Positions 62,601 through 64,000 of a stretch of 64,000 bases of DNA are shown piece after piece (position 1 is the first letter of the stretch; each line of letters opens with the position of its first letter). The DNA lies in assembly GCA_002633005.1 (NCBI GenBank), contig NMRA01000028.1, positions 796,986 through 860,985 on the forward strand, written 5' to 3'. The position numbers were made by a program, and so were the translations under genes. This DNA is from Phoronis australis (taxonomy: Eukaryota; Animalia; Phoronida). The notes beneath the pieces were generated by a model. That model saw only the letters and a list, made by a program, of their open reading frames with translations. It made no database searches and was not told the origin of the DNA.

Positions 62601-64000
62601 CAAGTAGTTAGGGCGTGTCAATTTATGTGCGTGCCGAAGATGATCTCGAGGAATAATGAACTGTCAGTTTTTTGTGAGCCCAGAAATCATGTCTCATCTG
62701 ATGAAGGAACAAGGTGATACCCGGATGTTATTGCGATAAGTCGTCTAAAGTAAAAGTTCACTTCTTCAACGAAATGTAGGTTTGTAGCCACTTTAAAGTG
62801 TAGGTTTGTAGCCACTTTAAAGTCCAAAATGCAACAAATAATGCTAGTTAGAGATATCAACGAACAGAATTCCCTGTGGTCTTGTGATCACGACAGAGAA
62901 CAGTCCGAACATGTCATAACCTTCCACTGAAACTGAATATTAGAGCGATGCAAGATATAATTACACAACTAGGCCAGGCCACTTGGAGACGGTGGATTGT
63001 TTTTCTTATCTAAGATTAACTTTAAGCTGATATAATCTACTAAAAGCGTTTTAACAAAGAAGCAATACAACGAAGAATTTCATTAACGCGCGTATTTTTA
63101 GAAGAAAATTAAACCGATATCATTTCAGCAGATGGTATATTTGCTGACATATCACGGAAACGCCATTGATGGGTTGATATGATTTTATGTTCGAGTAAAC
63201 AGCTTTGTTCATCCAATGTGAAACCCGAACTGCCTACGGGAAGGACGGAGGAAATGGGGTGCGGTTTGAAATGACAAGAAGGGGGCATTCTTAATGTTGC
63301 TGTCTCAGATCGCATCGTAATAGTCATTGCAGTAAACTACTTTAAAGATGTAACCTACTCACGCGTGAAAAACAAATTTTAAAAACAAACTTTTATGCAA
63401 AAATAAATTCAGCTCCAGAAAATATAAGGATTGATTATTATTTGGAATAGTTGATGGAAAAATACTTGCTAACGATGGCCACTTCCAAAGCACTGCACAT
63501 TGGGATGTGCACTACAATGTTAATAAACTTTAAAATATTTTAACGAATGCTTCTCACGCAACCCGGGACAAAACTTGCCGTGTCAAACGTAATTTGTGCA
63601 ACGTTTCGCTGTGCACGTCCCAAAAAATTTGAAAGCCAAGTCAAGGAAGCGCAAAGAATAGTATTTAAAGCAAATCGCCAAGAACGCCAGTGGCGGATTA
63701 AGACGTTTGAAGCGGCCAATCACGATAATTTTTGTACTTCACCGAAAAACAGAATGATGGCAGTGTTGTTTTGGGTCGCGTCCACAGGGAAGGGCTAAAA
63801 TCGCCTGTATACGATTGAATAAAACTGAAATTTCACGATACTGAGCAATTAGAGCACATTAACTACATGTTATTCATTTTGGAACCTTTCAAAGACGTCA
63901 AGAGATTACAAATCATTGAATACCTCGAAAAATTTTAGTATCAGAACATTTGCAGCAAATTCACGAACAGTCGAACAAACGTTGTAACCCCCCACCCCCC

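Overview
Eukaryotic, repeat-rich invertebrate-type genomic DNA from a gapped assembly (N runs at 17154-17279, 21643-21786, 27262 and 44160-44428). It is not prokaryotic, so most ORF-track entries are spurious. Two intact genes are supported. (1) A 13-coding-exon calpain-15/SOL (small optic lobes) gene on + (1494-23529, about 1107 aa when spliced by hand), with 7 RanBP2-type zinc fingers, a complete Cys/His/Asn triad and a SOL-homology C-terminus. (2) A single-coding-exon DUF229 alkaline-phosphatase-superfamily membrane protein on - (49369-51348). Relics include a truncated, frameshifted class-A GPCR, an orphan exon encoding a P2X7-ballast/KolX-like domain, and LINE fragments. Mobile DNA includes a 3.7-kb TIR element carrying a 358-bp copy of the host gene's own exon-4/intron-4 junction, a solo LTR > Harbinger MITE > Helentron-type nest, three Helentron/HINE-type families (two with internal tandem arrays), a palindrome-punctuated satellite in two opposite orientations, and about 700-bp inverted arms bracketing the DUF229 ORF. 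I see no clearly new multi-gene system; the best leads are these host-sequence capture and rearrangement structures. Coordinates were read by eye and repeat boundaries are approximate.
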